DNA of 57,336 nt, counting the filler, from Porpidia crustulata (lineage: Eukaryota), in the NCBI GenBank assembly GCA_964255105.1. It is 6 parts of 6 records of this genome, joined end to end, with 100 filler letters (N's around TTAATTAATTAA, not from the genome) between each part and the next. Parts side by side here need not be neighbours in the genome. Positions count along the whole stretch, not along the records: positions 19,173 to 28,652 come from CAXUWE010000942.1; positions 28,753 to 38,230 come from CAXUWE010000943.1; 4 more parts are not named here. One strand, 5' to 3'. The notes below the pieces were generated by a model. That model saw only the letters and a program-made list of their open reading frames with translations, had not been told where the DNA came from and ran no database searches. The translations under genes and the position numbers were made by a program. Of this stretch, positions 25,362 to 37,250 are shown in pieces; position 1 is the first letter of the stretch; each line of letters begins with the position of its first letter.

Positions 25362-26952
25362 TCATGCAAGAACCGCCTTACATTCTTCAATCACATCGAA
25401 CGACCATAAATACTTGTTGATGTCGTCCATACTCTCCAGTGTCTTACCATCAGGAAGGTACCTCGCAGCGGCATCGCGAACGCTCTGTGGTGCCGGAGGA
25501 CTCGAATTGGACAATATCTGCACCGATGAGGCCCGATTCCTCCTAACCTGCTCAAGCAGTCGTAATCGCGCCTCGATAGTCCCCTTTTCATGTAGCTGAT
25601 CAAACAAGACACCGAGTGCTGCACCGTCCTCGATAGCTTGCCCCCCACCTTGTGCCTGGACTTTTCCACCCCCCAGAGTAATTAGAAAGGATTCGGCCGA
25701 GGACCTTATGTCACGAATATGGAAGAGAAGAATGCTTACAGGTAAGCATGGGATGCGCAGCATCGCCGATCAGCACGAGTCGGTCCTTGTGCCACGTCGG
25801 GATCGGTTCTCTGGCCACCAGTTTCCAATAGCGGACGTCTTTGGCCTTTCTGGTCTAGGGGTGAGATACGCGTTCTCGCATATGCACCATTCGCTGGGCT
25901 GGGGGAACTCACTCGACCACCGCCTGCAAGACCGGGCCGAAATCTTTCTTGGCATAATCCCTCAGGATGCTTGGTTCTACCGTCGCTCGAAAATCTCACA
26001 TCCAAAGTCTTAGTAATCGCGTATCGGTGGTTCGATGTGGGGGTATATCTATACCTTCGGTGGCATGCGAACTATCGAATGCCTGGGACAAGTAGAGAAA
26101 GTTCTGTACCTCATTGCTGAGTTTGCAACTTGGTCAGCAGCGAGTAGATACATATACACTATTAAGTGAGAGCAGAGAAAGAAACCACTTACTTTCTACA
26201 TGGATACCATACCAAAGCACCAGCGCCTGGAGCTCCTAAAAAGAACCTCTGGACGGAATCTTTGACCGCGGTTGCCGTTGCAGGATCTGATAGTAGCTCC
26301 TCGGTTGGCACCAACCATCGCATGCACGCCCAGCCCGTGTTGCTGGCTCGGATCTCCTCGTCGCCGAGGACATGAGCCACAGCTGTCGAATGCACACCAT
26401 CTGCAGCGACGATGAGATCGGCCTGCAAGACTTTGTTGTCTGCGAGTATAGCTTTCCCATGAACGGCGTCCTGTGCAGATCGTACAGATAACAAACATCA
26501 GAAAGCTCGAAAAAGAAAAAGAAAACCGGGGCTCGGTTGGTCCGTTTTTTTTTTTTTAAAAAAAAAAAAGAAACTTACATAGTCGACCACGTTGGCCCGA
26601 ACCTGAAGATCGACCGGGTATCCCGGTCCATCCTCTTGGGTTGCGAGCAACCTCAACTGATTGTGCAGATCGACCCGGTGCACGGTGTACAGTGGCACGC
26701 CGTAGGTTTCTTTGATGTTGTGATAATAGTTGGCGCTCACTTCTTCCATGGTGGTGCCATTGTAGAGGCCTCCGGCGCTTATGGCGACCATTTCCGACCG
26801 CTCGGGATCGAAGTCCCAAGATCGAAGGATCTTCGATGCATTTGGGGTTACGGTGATTGCCGCTCCTGATTCTCGGAGCAGGGATGATTGTTCGAGGATC
26901 TTCGATTCGTGTTAGCGAGGCATTGGAGCGTCTTTGGGGGGAAGGAAGGAGG

Positions 26953-26983
<31 letters not shown>

Positions 26984-27076
26984 GGGCAAACGAACCGTCA
27001 CTTTGTGTCCGGCTCTACGAAGTCCGATGGCGGCACTGAAGCCAGCTATCCCAGCGCCCACGATAATAACTTCCAT
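25362..27076 (-). CDS. FAD-dependent monooxygenase (salicylate hydroxylase-like), multi-exon
   Basis: [12 protein letters not shown] (GxGxxG), IVAADGVHS (DG motif), [11 protein letters not shown] (GD motif) and [10 protein letters not shown]. Exons are separated by GT-AG introns. Confidence 0.9.
26941..26981. repeat. (AAAG)n/(GGAA)n microsatellite in FMO intron 1
   Basis: gaaggaaggagggaaagaaagaaagaaagaaagaaagaaag read directly from the sequence. Confidence 0.85.
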
Positions 27077-28042
27077 TGTCCTAATCAGTCATAAACCTCA
27101 ATCAATTATAAATATCCTCTACTCCAATTTCCCATCCCTCGCCCGTAACATCCCCTCCATTGTATATCCAGAAATATTCCTAGGCACCATGTTATCTTCC
27201 ACAACCCCATCAAGCTAAAGCAGGAACCGCCGCTGCTAGCAATCTGACTCTGACTGTACTTCAGCTGCAGCCCGTACCTCCGTACCTCCGTAGACCCGCT
27301 CCAATTCCTAGCCATGCAGCATAGAATATGCCCCGCCGTACTCGCCGCACAGCATGCGGAGGTATCCAGAAGACGAAAGGATTTGGGATGGCGCAACAAA
27401 GAAACAAGCGTGTCTTCGGAAGAGGTCCACACCGAGTCCAGCGGAGGAGGCCAGCCGAAGAAGCACCACAGCGCCTATCGTAGGAAGAAATATATCGCCC
27501 GTAAAACGCGACAAAAAAAATAACGAAGGTGAGATACGAGATGTTGCAGTGCATCATGCGGGTGTGATGTTGCGTGCGGCATGCCTATCCTATGGATGAC
27601 TTACGGATATTACGTGGGAACGGTAGGGACTTTTGTTGTGGTTGTGTAATGTCCATCCTCATGGGCAAGTTTTGGTTTTATTAATCGCTGGTAAGTATCT
27701 GCGCTTGGTCTGTCCCGCTTGTTTGTTTCCCGACCGTTGATGATGATTTTACATTATGCTCGATGCCGTTCCAGTGCCATTTTGTATACCTCGCATTGGC
27801 TTATTGTTTCGATTATTCATCGACCTGAAGTTGTGGTTTCGGAAATTAATCTATCTGGGATTTCCATGCAAGGAGGTTTCCGAGCCTGTGAGCCTCTTGA
27901 GTGGTCTCATTGTACGTAACGTTATGGTTGTCAATATTATCGGTAGCAGGAGGTAAGAAAGGAATGCTAAAACAATTACACCACAGTCCCGCTGTAGCGA
28001 TACATGGCCAAGACGTCCATCACACAAACAAAACCCCGTCCC

Positions 28043-28652
28043 TTAAATCCCCGAATCATCCTGCACGCGAACCGCCCCACTAGTCCGACCCCCATTCCAC
28101 GTTGTACAAGTATCCTTCAGAACACCCAAACTACCAGCATCCATCAAACCCGAAATCTCCTTCTCCCTCTCCACGAACTGCACCGCGAACCCCTCACTCG
28201 CATGCCACGCGACATGGCAGTGCATGAGCCAGCTCCCCGGATTATCCATCCGAAACGCAATCACAAGATACCCGCCCGCGGCCAACGTCACCGTGTCCCT
28301 GCGCGGTGGGTTGGCGAAATTCAGCTTCACGGTCGAGGGCGCGTAGGCGCCGTTGCCCTGGGCGAGCACGAACGAGTCATGTCCGTGGAGGTGGATGGGA
28401 TGGTACGGGGAGGTGCCGGAGTGGTCGCTGATGACCCAGTAGACCCAGGTGTTGGGTGTGGGCAGCGGGAAGACGTTGTAGTCGATGGGGAAGACGGGTT
28501 GGTTGTTGGCGATGCGCAGGTTCGTGGGGTCGGACCAGTTGAGGTATAGGGAGGAGGAGTTGAGGGTCCATTGTAGGATGTTGGTGTAGTTTATGCCGAG
28601 TTCTAGAGATGAGGTGGTGCCGTCTCGGCCCGCATCGAGGGAGAGGTGGGGG
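28043..28652 (-). CDS. Laccase/multicopper oxidase, C-terminal part (5'-truncated at contig end)
   Basis: L3 HPIHLHGH and L4 HCHVAWHASEGF, NPPRRD, and the ascomycete laccase C-terminus DDSGI. Confidence 0.92.
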
Positions 28653-28752
28653 NNNNNNNNNNNNNNNNNNNNNNNNNNNNNNNNNNNNNNNNNNNNTTAA
28701 TTAATTAANNNNNNNNNNNNNNNNNNNNNNNNNNNNNNNNNNNNNNNNNNNN
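28653..28752. other. Artificial contig-joining spacer
   Basis: N run with central TTAATTAATTAA, 100 nt. Confidence 0.99.
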
Positions 28753-29089
28753 CTCCACAGCTACCCCACAGCCGCCATTTGGACCCTGCACATCATCATA
28801 CTAATCCTCACAAGGACCGCGATTGGAGAAACAGATGAGACTGATCGTCGTGCGTTTTAGACAAGAGCACCAAGACTAGTCTCATGTTGTTCTTTAATTG
28901 CGGGACAAGGCTTCGTCAATTCACAATGCTACACGGAGGAACTCGGGGGATCCGACCCTACCATTTCTCTTCCTCCCTCAGTCCTCTGTGCATCTCAAGT
29001 TTATACATGTTTGGCAATGTTTCGGAAGCTGATGTGCCCCCGAGCTAGTTGCACCACTAGCAGGCGAAATATCGAGTCGTTAGACTTCG

Positions 29090-29760
29090 TTCATGAACTA
29101 CTAGATACCTTATATCGGGTATGATCGTCCAGGATTCGACTAGAAAATTTAAATTCGAGAATGTATTAAATTCGTCGTTGAATCTCATTAATAATAATCA
29201 AGGTAATCGGAACTACGTTCAAGAAATTTGAATTCGAGAATTAATTAAAATAGAACTTGTGTTGAGATATACGATGGGCTGACTTAGGGTGAAAAGGGTT
29301 GTGGATTGAGTCGGTCTAGCTACGTGTCTATATATCGGAGGTCAGGTATCTTACTAGCGTAAGCACCCCGAACACCTAGTCGTAGGACCTAAATGCTCTG
29401 TTTTCAATAACTTGTTTAAATATCTACCGTAAAAATCGATTTTCATTAATTTAACTATTCAAGTAGATATATATATTAAAACTGTTAAGTACTTAGTAAC
29501 TAATTACAGAGTATTACAACATTCATTTTTCGACTAATAGTAAGTTGCAGCGCGTGCTGCGATAGTCCTACAGTCACGAAAAAATAAAATTTTATTGTGT
29601 TCGGGTTCTACAAGTAGTCATCCGTAGATACCGGTGACACAGATATATCGCGAACAATGTTTAATTAATTGTTTAAAGTTATTAATCCGTTAGTCTCTTC
29701 TACTTTCAATTCGTCGTACATGGTCTCATTTACAACTGGTTCAGTCAGTCCTTGAGTACA
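29090..29760. repeat. AT-rich, probably RIP-degraded repeat relic
   Basis: Abrupt AT/TpA-rich block with no ORFs and an internal duplication (aaatttRaattcgagaat at about 29144 and 29224), next to a very GC-rich ORF. Boundaries approximate. Confidence 0.45.
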
Positions 29761-29806
29761 TCTCGGCTACGTATCAATTCCTCCCGCTCCTTGCCGACCT
29801 CTAGAC

Positions 29807-30424
29807 ATGTCGGGTCTGTCATCACAAGCCCCCTGGCCTGGGGACTGCGAATGCTGGGCCTCGCTGATCCGCATCATCAGCCAGATTGAGGCAGCGGCTC
29901 CGGGGTCCCAAGCATCGCCATCATCGCAAGAACAGCAAGCGGCACCCTCATCAGACTCACGGCAGCCGCACCCCCCTCTCGCGCGCCACCTTCCCCTCGA
30001 CGAACGTCTCGTTCTCGGCGAACTCATTGTGAACCAGTGGGAGCTCCTGAACGGCTGCGCGCACTCGGCGTCGCACCTTGGACACAGGGGGCCTGCGCTG
30101 CTGCGGGTCGTGTGCGACGCCGTGGGGCGGGTGCTGACGCTCTACGAGCTGGCGGTGGTCTCGGCCGAGGACGCCCTGGCCGGACGGGCGTCGGTGGGCA
30201 CGCTGGAACTCGACGAGGCCGACGACGTCCGGGCTGTGGCGCGGGCGGCGCTGTCCTGGTCCACCGTCCGCTGCGGCGCCGTGCTGCAGGACATCGAGGA
30301 GGAGAGCCAAGACTACTCGGCAGAGGAGCTGCGGGAAGCCAACCACCCGGTTGTGAAGGATCTTACTGGTCGGACGCTTCGCTTGCTCGGGCAGGTGGAA
30401 AGTTGCGGTGGGGCGATCTTGTAG
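29807..30424 (+). CDS. Hypothetical 205-aa protein resembling the C-terminal region of AflR-type regulators; no zinc cluster
   Basis: Very GC-rich codon usage. CECWASLIRII...LPLDERLVLGELIVNQWELLNGC...VGTLELD pattern. Convergent with the AflR-like gene. Confidence 0.5.
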   Translation: MSGLSSQAPWPGDCECWASLIRIISQIEAAAPGSQASPSSQEQQAAPSSDSRQPHPPLARHLPLDERLVLGELIVNQWELLNGCAHSASHLGHRGPALLRVVCDAVGRVLTLYELAVVSAEDALAGRASVGTLELDEADDVRAVARAALSWSTVRCGAVLQDIEEESQDYSAEELREANHPVVKDLTGRTLRLLGQVESCGGAIL

Positions 30425-30810
30425 TCCAAGTCTGGCTCCGTGGATGTTCAGGCGCGTGGGTGGGACCAATGTTGTGTCACAGGTATGGAGGGCAAACAAG
30501 TCTAAGGTTATATGCGAGGCAAACATGAGGAATCAGGTCAGGCTCGAATTGCTACGAAATGAGAGCTGATGATATATACATGAGTGTGCGCCAGAGCGGA
30601 ACAATAGTCCCAGACCGAACCATGGTTCTAGACCTATATCGAACCGTCACACTACATGATTGACCTGTGAGCACTTTCTGCCGGACGGCCTGTTGACTCG
30701 CGACACGGCACTGAAGTCGTATAGCATAAAGAGCACGAAGCACTAAAGTGCAAACATCAAGGTTACTTGTGGTTAAGTTAATCAACATTCAGCCCGCATA
30801 TCCCTATGAA

Positions 30811-32094
30811 TTATCCCATAAGTACCAGGGCCCCCTGAAGACCCTTTAACCGCCTGATCAAGTTTTGTACAAGATCGCTGGCGGTACCACGCAGAAGGGC
30901 ATCACTGTCCCCCCAGTCCAGGATTCCGCGCCCAACATCGACCTGTGTCCGACCCTGTCTCTCCAACTCGCCCTGCATATCTAGGAGGGCGGCTAGCATC
31001 TTTCGAAATCGCACTTGGAGTATCGCTTTGATCGCTCGCGCCGTTGCCGGCATACCGAGTTCGTGGACCCCGAATCGTATCTCTGCCTTACCCCCGGGGA
31101 CGGGAAACACGCACGGCTGGTCTAGGAAGCCTCTGAAGCAGCGTTCAAGGCGACGTGCCTCATGATCATGTGCGGAAAAATTCGGGTCCATCGCCCTGGC
31201 GGATATGGCGCTGACCGTAGCATTGAATTTTCCTTCGAGCATCGAGACGACGCGCTCGGCAAGTAACGACAGAGTAAGTACAGCCCGGGGGTTGGCTGGG
31301 AGAAAACTCGGTCCCTCGCCGTACGATGCATGCTCACGGCAGGTGAAGATGCGATGTTTAAGTAGGCGGAAGTCCCTCTCAGCCCGGAGGACAAGCTCGA
31401 CTGAAGGCGTCGGCAGTCCGGCAGCTACGGACTGTTCGAGACTCGCGAGCGCTGTGAGAACGGCGATATAGCCTTGATCGGCCATTCCTGAGCCTGGAGC
31501 ATTCGGAACCGCTGCGTCGCTGACCTGAAAAGGGTGAAGGGGGTTTCTCCACAAGGTTTCGGGAGAGTTTGATGAGGGTTGACCGAGGCCTTTGAACGGA
31601 TGGATGACCTGGCCGTCGTGACCAAGAGCTGCATCGACATGGCCCACTGGTCTAGAGTCGACCCCAACGGTAGCTTGCCCCGTAGTGGGAGCATTCCAGC
31701 CGGTGCTGGAGGTCGAAGTTATGCTGCTCAAGCCGGCCGTCGTCCGGGAGCTGCGGTCGCGAAAAAAGCTGCTACTATCTACACTTGGATCGCCAGACGC
31801 CGATGTCAAATCGGCCGTCAACCCAACTTCGTCCACGTAGTCATCGCGAACTGTCTCTTGCGAGGGAGCGAATTGGCTGCCCATCTTCCTCGGCCTGCCC
31901 ATGCGCCGAACCGGGCTATAGACGCAAGGAATGGCCCTGCTGACGCATTTCTTGCATGCTGGCTTGCCCTGACTACATCGGACCTTGATTCTTTGGCAAT
32001 GGTCGCAAGCCGCGCGATACCTCACAGGCTGCCGGCCTTCACCCGCCGTTGGTGATACTGGCGATGGAGATGCGTAAATGCTGAGGGTCGTCAT
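30811..32094 (-). CDS. AflR-like Zn(II)2Cys6 pathway regulator
   Basis: Intronless 427 aa with RAACDHCQRIKVRCSQGKPACKKCVSRAIPCVYSPVRRMGRPRK. Confidence 0.9.
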   Translation of the reverse strand: MTTLSIYASPSPVSPTAGEGRQPVRYRAACDHCQRIKVRCSQGKPACKKCVSRAIPCVYSPVRRMGRPRKMGSQFAPSQETVRDDYVDEVGLTADLTSASGDPSVDSSSFFRDRSSRTTAGLSSITSTSSTGWNAPTTGQATVGVDSRPVGHVDAALGHDGQVIHPFKGLGQPSSNSPETLWRNPLHPFQVSDAAVPNAPGSGMADQGYIAVLTALASLEQSVAAGLPTPSVELVLRAERDFRLLKHRIFTCREHASYGEGPSFLPANPRAVLTLSLLAERVVSMLEGKFNATVSAISARAMDPNFSAHDHEARRLERCFRGFLDQPCVFPVPGGKAEIRFGVHELGMPATARAIKAILQVRFRKMLAALLDMQGELERQGRTQVDVGRGILDWGDSDALLRGTASDLVQNLIRRLKGLQGALVLMG

Positions 32095-32773
32095 TGCGAC
32101 TAGTTGAAGTCGAACATCTTGTAGGGCGATGGCGGTTGATAGGATCGCAGGTGGACAGTGAGTTCATAGGATGGAGCTGTTCACCACTTTGTCTCGCCCG
32201 AAGCTGAACACGCTGAGGTAACGTACTCAGTCACCTAATCTATCACCTTCTGGACCACTGCCCCACCCCCAACACGTATTTTCGGCAAAACACCACAATA
32301 CTACCCAGCCACGGCAGCTATCAGGGAGCAAGAATTGTCCGAGTCATCAAAGCTATTCATAACAATAAGTTCCTAGATACACGTACTCTCCCCATCAACT
32401 TCGCTAAATTCTGAAATCGGGACCAGAATTTTGAATACAGCGATGTTGAGGCTGTCCGCCTTTGAGACCCAATAAACATCCTGCTTGCTACCCACCAAAC
32501 GATCGTATTATTGTTTCTGTACCTACCTACCTTACCTACGTCTTGATCGCTCGGCCCAAGGACCTTTTTCCCCGACGCATTTATAGCCGTGTACTTGATG
32601 TCATTTACTGCACTGGTCACGAGGCACACACCTGATGTACGTGGAGGAGTCGACCAGCTTACAAACAGTCTATGGGTAGTCTACGGAATGATTCCACCGC
32701 TGCCGTCGCTCGTGCAAGATCAAACCATCTCGAGAGCCCCTGGGGAGTTGCTGTGTTGAAAGTCAAATCCCTT

Positions 32774-34777
32774 TCAGACACTGCCCGCGACGTCTTGGCT
32801 TGTCTTGTTGCTTGCATCGCTTTCATGAACCTCGGTCTCGACTACAGCCTCCGCAGGAATGAGGCTACCAGGCCACTTGGCAATGAAGGACGACAGGAAG
32901 GCCATGCCGAAAAGGGCGATCACCATAGCCCAGGCACCCCGGAGGCCAACCATCCACGCCTGGCGCACGCCGCGTAGAGTTTCGTTATCAAAGTTGTCTC
33001 GAATGCCGTACGCTCCCATTTGGAGCACCGCGTGAGACTCAACGCTAGGTGCGTACGTTGCTAGGTTTTTCAGCAGCAGGTTGTTCATAATCGTGTCCGA
33101 CATGGCGATCGCGATGACAGAAGAGAAGAATTGGGTCACTGCCATAGAGTTAGAACACGAAGCGAGCAATGTTACTGGAGCCACACTCACCACAAACCAC
33201 CGAGAGACCAAGTGCCTTGTCCCGCAAAGCGCTCAGAGCGCCAGCGATGATGACGGGGAGCTGCACTACCAAGCCGACTCCAAACCCAAGCACAAGCTGA
33301 TATCCAATCTGCTCGCCCAGCCCTGTGTCGAGGTCAAACTTATAGACGAGGCCGGCTCCGATGGTGGCGAGGACTGCGCCTACGATCATGAAGGGCTGGA
33401 ATTTACCGATCTTGCCAACAGCGATTGAAGATGCCATTGAGGCAGCAGCTAGAACAGGCGTGTCAGTCCGAGGCTATTCTATCGAGGGCAAGGCACTGGG
33501 TTGCTGTACTTACACACCGAGAGAATGATGGGGATAGTCCTAATTCCACTGTCTCTAGGAGACAGACCCTTGATGGCCTGAAAATAGACAGGAAGGTTGT
33601 AGACGATAGAGAAGTATGCTCCATACAAGCTATCATCCCGTCCATTACTCAACGTCCCACGAAGGAGCTGGCAGGGGGATGACCTCACAAGAAAACGTAG
33701 GCACAAGCCGCTGTGATACCCCGTATGTGAAGGATCCGCAAAATCAGCATTGCGCGGTCCTTCTGGTACCGTTCGTTGACTGCGAAAAGAATGGTCATCA
33801 AAGCCCAACCCACAAGCAAGCCGATGACGGTCGGAGTGTTCCACACCTTTGTCACGCCTCCCCACTGCAGTGCGAACAAGAAGCAAAGCATAATCCCAAC
33901 AAACAGGACGAAACCCAGCGGGTCAAAACTCAGGAACATCTCACGAAGCGGTGTTTTGTGTGTGGCTTTGACATGGGCCGGAGTGCGGAAGAAGAACAGG
34001 ATGCATGCTGCCGCCACACCGCCAATAGGCAAATTGATGTAGAAGCACCACCGCCATGTGACCGAATCCGTGAAGACGCCACCTAGCAGTGGGCCGATGA
34101 CGCTGGCGATACTGAAGACGGTGCCGACACCACCCACAATCGCAGGCACTTTTTCGGGAGGTGCGATGAAGGAGGCGATTGTGTAGCAGCCCAGGTTAGT
34201 CCCAGCGCCACCGGCTCCCTGGATGGCACGCCCAACAATGAGGGCTGGGCTGTTGGGCGCCAGGGCACAGATAAGGCTGCCGATCTCAAAGACTGAGATG
34301 GCAGCGAGAAAACTGGCCCGGACGGAGAAGGAGTTGTAACACTTGCCCCAGAATGATTGGAAGGCCGCTAGTGTAAAGAAGAATGCCGAACCATACCAGG
34401 CAACGTCGGCGAGCGAGTTGAACTCGGTGGTGATGACGGGAACAGCGGTCGAGATGATACTCTGAAGGCGGTCTTAGTCACTATACACAGATCATCCGAG
34501 TCGCAGGTAAGATTATGTTGACACTTACGATATCGAGTGCAGTCTATGATGGGTATGTTAGTCAAACGGTCCCGAGGGCAGGATAATATGAGGGTTTGCG
34601 TGGCAGACTTACCAGAAACGAGCTGAGCAGGAGACCGAGAATGATGGTGGCCTGCTTAGCTGTTGAAGGGTATACAATCTCCGACTCTGTCTTCTGAGGC
34701 TGAACTGGCTCATTGCTAGGCTGAATCCAAGGTTGAGCCCTCGGCAGCTCATACGGTTCTTTATCCATGACAGACAT
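32774..34777 (-). CDS. MFS efflux transporter (DHA2 type), multi-exon with a 15-nt microexon
   Basis: STAVPVITTEFNSLADVAWYGSA, GRAIQGAGG, TWRWCFYINLPIGG and YNLPVYFQ. Microexon TALDI at 34543-34529 is bounded by TAG and GTAAGT. Confidence 0.9.
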
Positions 34778-35069
34778 GGTGACTTTGGACCTGGTCTAAG
34801 TTCGAAATTCTGATATGACCGCGAACTATGAGTGCAGCGTCGAACAGGACAAGATAATACAACAGGTCAAGTACTCAAAAGAGCAAGTGCATGACGAGCA
34901 GTTGAAAAAACACGCGATGGCTTCAAGGTGTAGAGAGTCGCCAGCAGTTCTACTGTGCTAAGGCGGTTGGGGTCCTTTAGTGACAAAGCAAAGATGTTTG
35001 TAAGTATCACCCAAGGAAAACATTCTTTCGATAGCCTCAATAGCGGTTGGTGACAACAATAAATTCCCG

Positions 35070-35196
35070 GTGTGTGTGGTTTATGGAAAAGTGCCCGGTA
35101 TAAGTGCAGGGGAAAGTACCCGTGAAAAAGCATGATATATAATCAGCGGGCACTTTCCCCTACACCAACACCGGGTACTTTCCAATGCACACACGT
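35070..35196. mobile_element. MITE-like relic: long imperfect inverted repeats with internal GGAAAGTRCCCG direct repeats
   Basis: Left arm tggaaaagtgcccggtataagtgcaggggaaagtacccg (35084-35122) matches the reverse complement of the right arm (35147-35184), tggaaagtacccggtgttggtgtaggggaaagtgcccg. The right end reads ...CACACGT/A, like a pogo/Fot1-type TIR end. Confidence 0.6.
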
Positions 35197-35239
35197 ATCG
35201 TATCAATCATTTTCTGCAGGTTTGGCTGAATTATGAATC

Positions 35240-37250
35240 ATGAAATCGATTTGGCTTTCGTTTATTGACTGTTTAGACCCGGCCATGAGCCGAGCGGTTG
35301 CGAAAGTCAATTTGAAGACGACAGCTGGCGCAATATTTGGTGGCGAGTCTGCTTATCCACTACACCCAGCGTCTCTGAATTCCATTTTTCAGCTGGGCCT
35401 CATTGCCTGCTACGGTGGCCAGATCGAAAACGCTCGGAATGCTTTTGTACCCATCCATTTGTCTCGCCTGTACCTCAAGCACGGGAACATCGAAAGTGAC
35501 TACGTTACTGCCACCATCCATGAGGAGCTTCGCGGCCTCCGAGGCGCGTATGTTAAGCTGCAACTGTCAAACCAGGCGGGCGGTGTGGTGCTCGACATAG
35601 ACAGTCTACGCTGCATCAGCTATCTCAATGGCAAGTTATCCGAGAAACTCCAGCCGAGCCAATTTAGAAGTCCACTTGCCAGACTGGTATGGAAGTCCGA
35701 CATCCGTATGATGAACAATGCCCGATGTCGCCAAATATTCCCGCCTCCCCAAGAGAATGGCGATCAGGCTCATCTCTTCCCAGTCGTGAACAGGTTCGCG
35801 TCAGTCATTCTTGTCGATATTTACGAGAATTTGACCAACAGAGATGATGCACCTGAGCCCATCGATGACCCGGGTCACTTCGCTGCTTGGGTCAGAAGGC
35901 GCGTCGAGAGCAGCGATACGCCCCAGATAGCCGATGCGAAAAAGATGTCCAGCCACGATCGGTTGAAACTGCTGAAGGAAATTTACTCTCGGAAAGATGA
36001 GATTGTCGAGATCAAGATCGCGAAACGACTGCATGAGAACATGGAGACAATCTTACGCGAGCAAAAGCCTGCGCTTGAGATCTTACCTCAAGACAGTCTC
36101 CTAACGGCGCTCTATGAGACGGGGCTTTTCATGACGAGCGCCTACCCGCAGCTGTTCAATATATTTGAATCTCTTGGGCACGCCAACCCGAATTAGCGGA
36201 TTTGGGAGCTAGGCGCCGGTTCAGGCGGTGCAACGCGCGTTACGTTAAGGGCCCTCGTCGGCGCCAATGGCATCAAGCGATACAAGGACTATATATTCAC
36301 CGACATCTCGGCAGGTTCCTTGGCATCGGCGCGCGAATCCCTGGCCGAGCACCTCGATGTCCACTTTTCTAACCTGGACATCGAGCTAGACCTCCGACCC
36401 AAGGATATGAGGCCTCGTACGACGTCGTTATCGCGTCCCAGACCCTGCATGCTACTACGAGCATTGCGAATACGCTGGAGGACTGTCGGTGACTTCTAAA
36501 GCCTGGAGGAAAGCTGGTCCTAGTCGAGAACACCCAGAATGACGATCTGGTTGGCATCATATTGGGCACATTGACCGGATATTGGCATGGAATTCTTGAC
36601 AGGCGGACCAACAGCACGTTCCTGCGCCGTGAGGTATGGGACGTGGCACTTCGGGGCTCTGGCTTCTCGGGTGCAGAGCTGATTCTTTGCGACCATCTGG
36701 AGCCTCACATCACAACAACCGTCTTTGTGTCGAAATTTGTGCCATCCGAAGGTCCAGCGACTCGAGACCCAATTCTCAACCCGGCGACATCAAGAGTGCA
36801 GCTTTTATATAACTCCAGCCAAGCTCCGGCCCTGCTCTTTCAAATCTCTAGGAAATTGGAGCGTCGAGGCACTCGGGTCGAGATGGCCTCCCTCGGGGAC
36901 GCTGCCGGCTCTATTTCCCCCAACGCACCAGTGGTGAATTACCTAGACGAGTTGAACCTCTCGTTGGACGCGGATGAAGAGCAACTTGAGCGCTTCAAGG
37001 ATCTTGTTTCTAGCTTTCAGAGCTTGCTCTTGCTTACATCCGGTGGCATAGCGAAGGGCCGCAACCCCGACACTTCCTTTGTTTCTGGGCTGCTACGAAC
37101 TCTGAAGCCCGAAAAGCCCGGTATTAGGTTTATGTCCGTCGACGTTGATGACTTCGAGCCTGTGAACGAAAATCTCGTTCGGTGCTTGGTGGATCTGGCA
37201 TCGGGTCTCCAGCAATACGATGTTGGTAAGAGGAAGGACAGCGAAGGATT
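35240..37250 (+). pseudogene. Internal fragment of a highly reducing PKS (DH, C-methyltransferase, linker), pseudogenised
   Basis: DH segment YPLHPASLNSIFQ. MT segment ANPN*RIWELGAGSGGAT...YIFTDISAG with stop at 36194-36196, a frameshift near 36390 and TGA near 36490. No KS/AT upstream and no KR/ACP downstream. Confidence 0.85.

Noticed and set aside
26544..26570. Poly-T followed by poly-A hairpin
   Set aside because: Homopolymer tracts inside an FMO intron, with no further structure.
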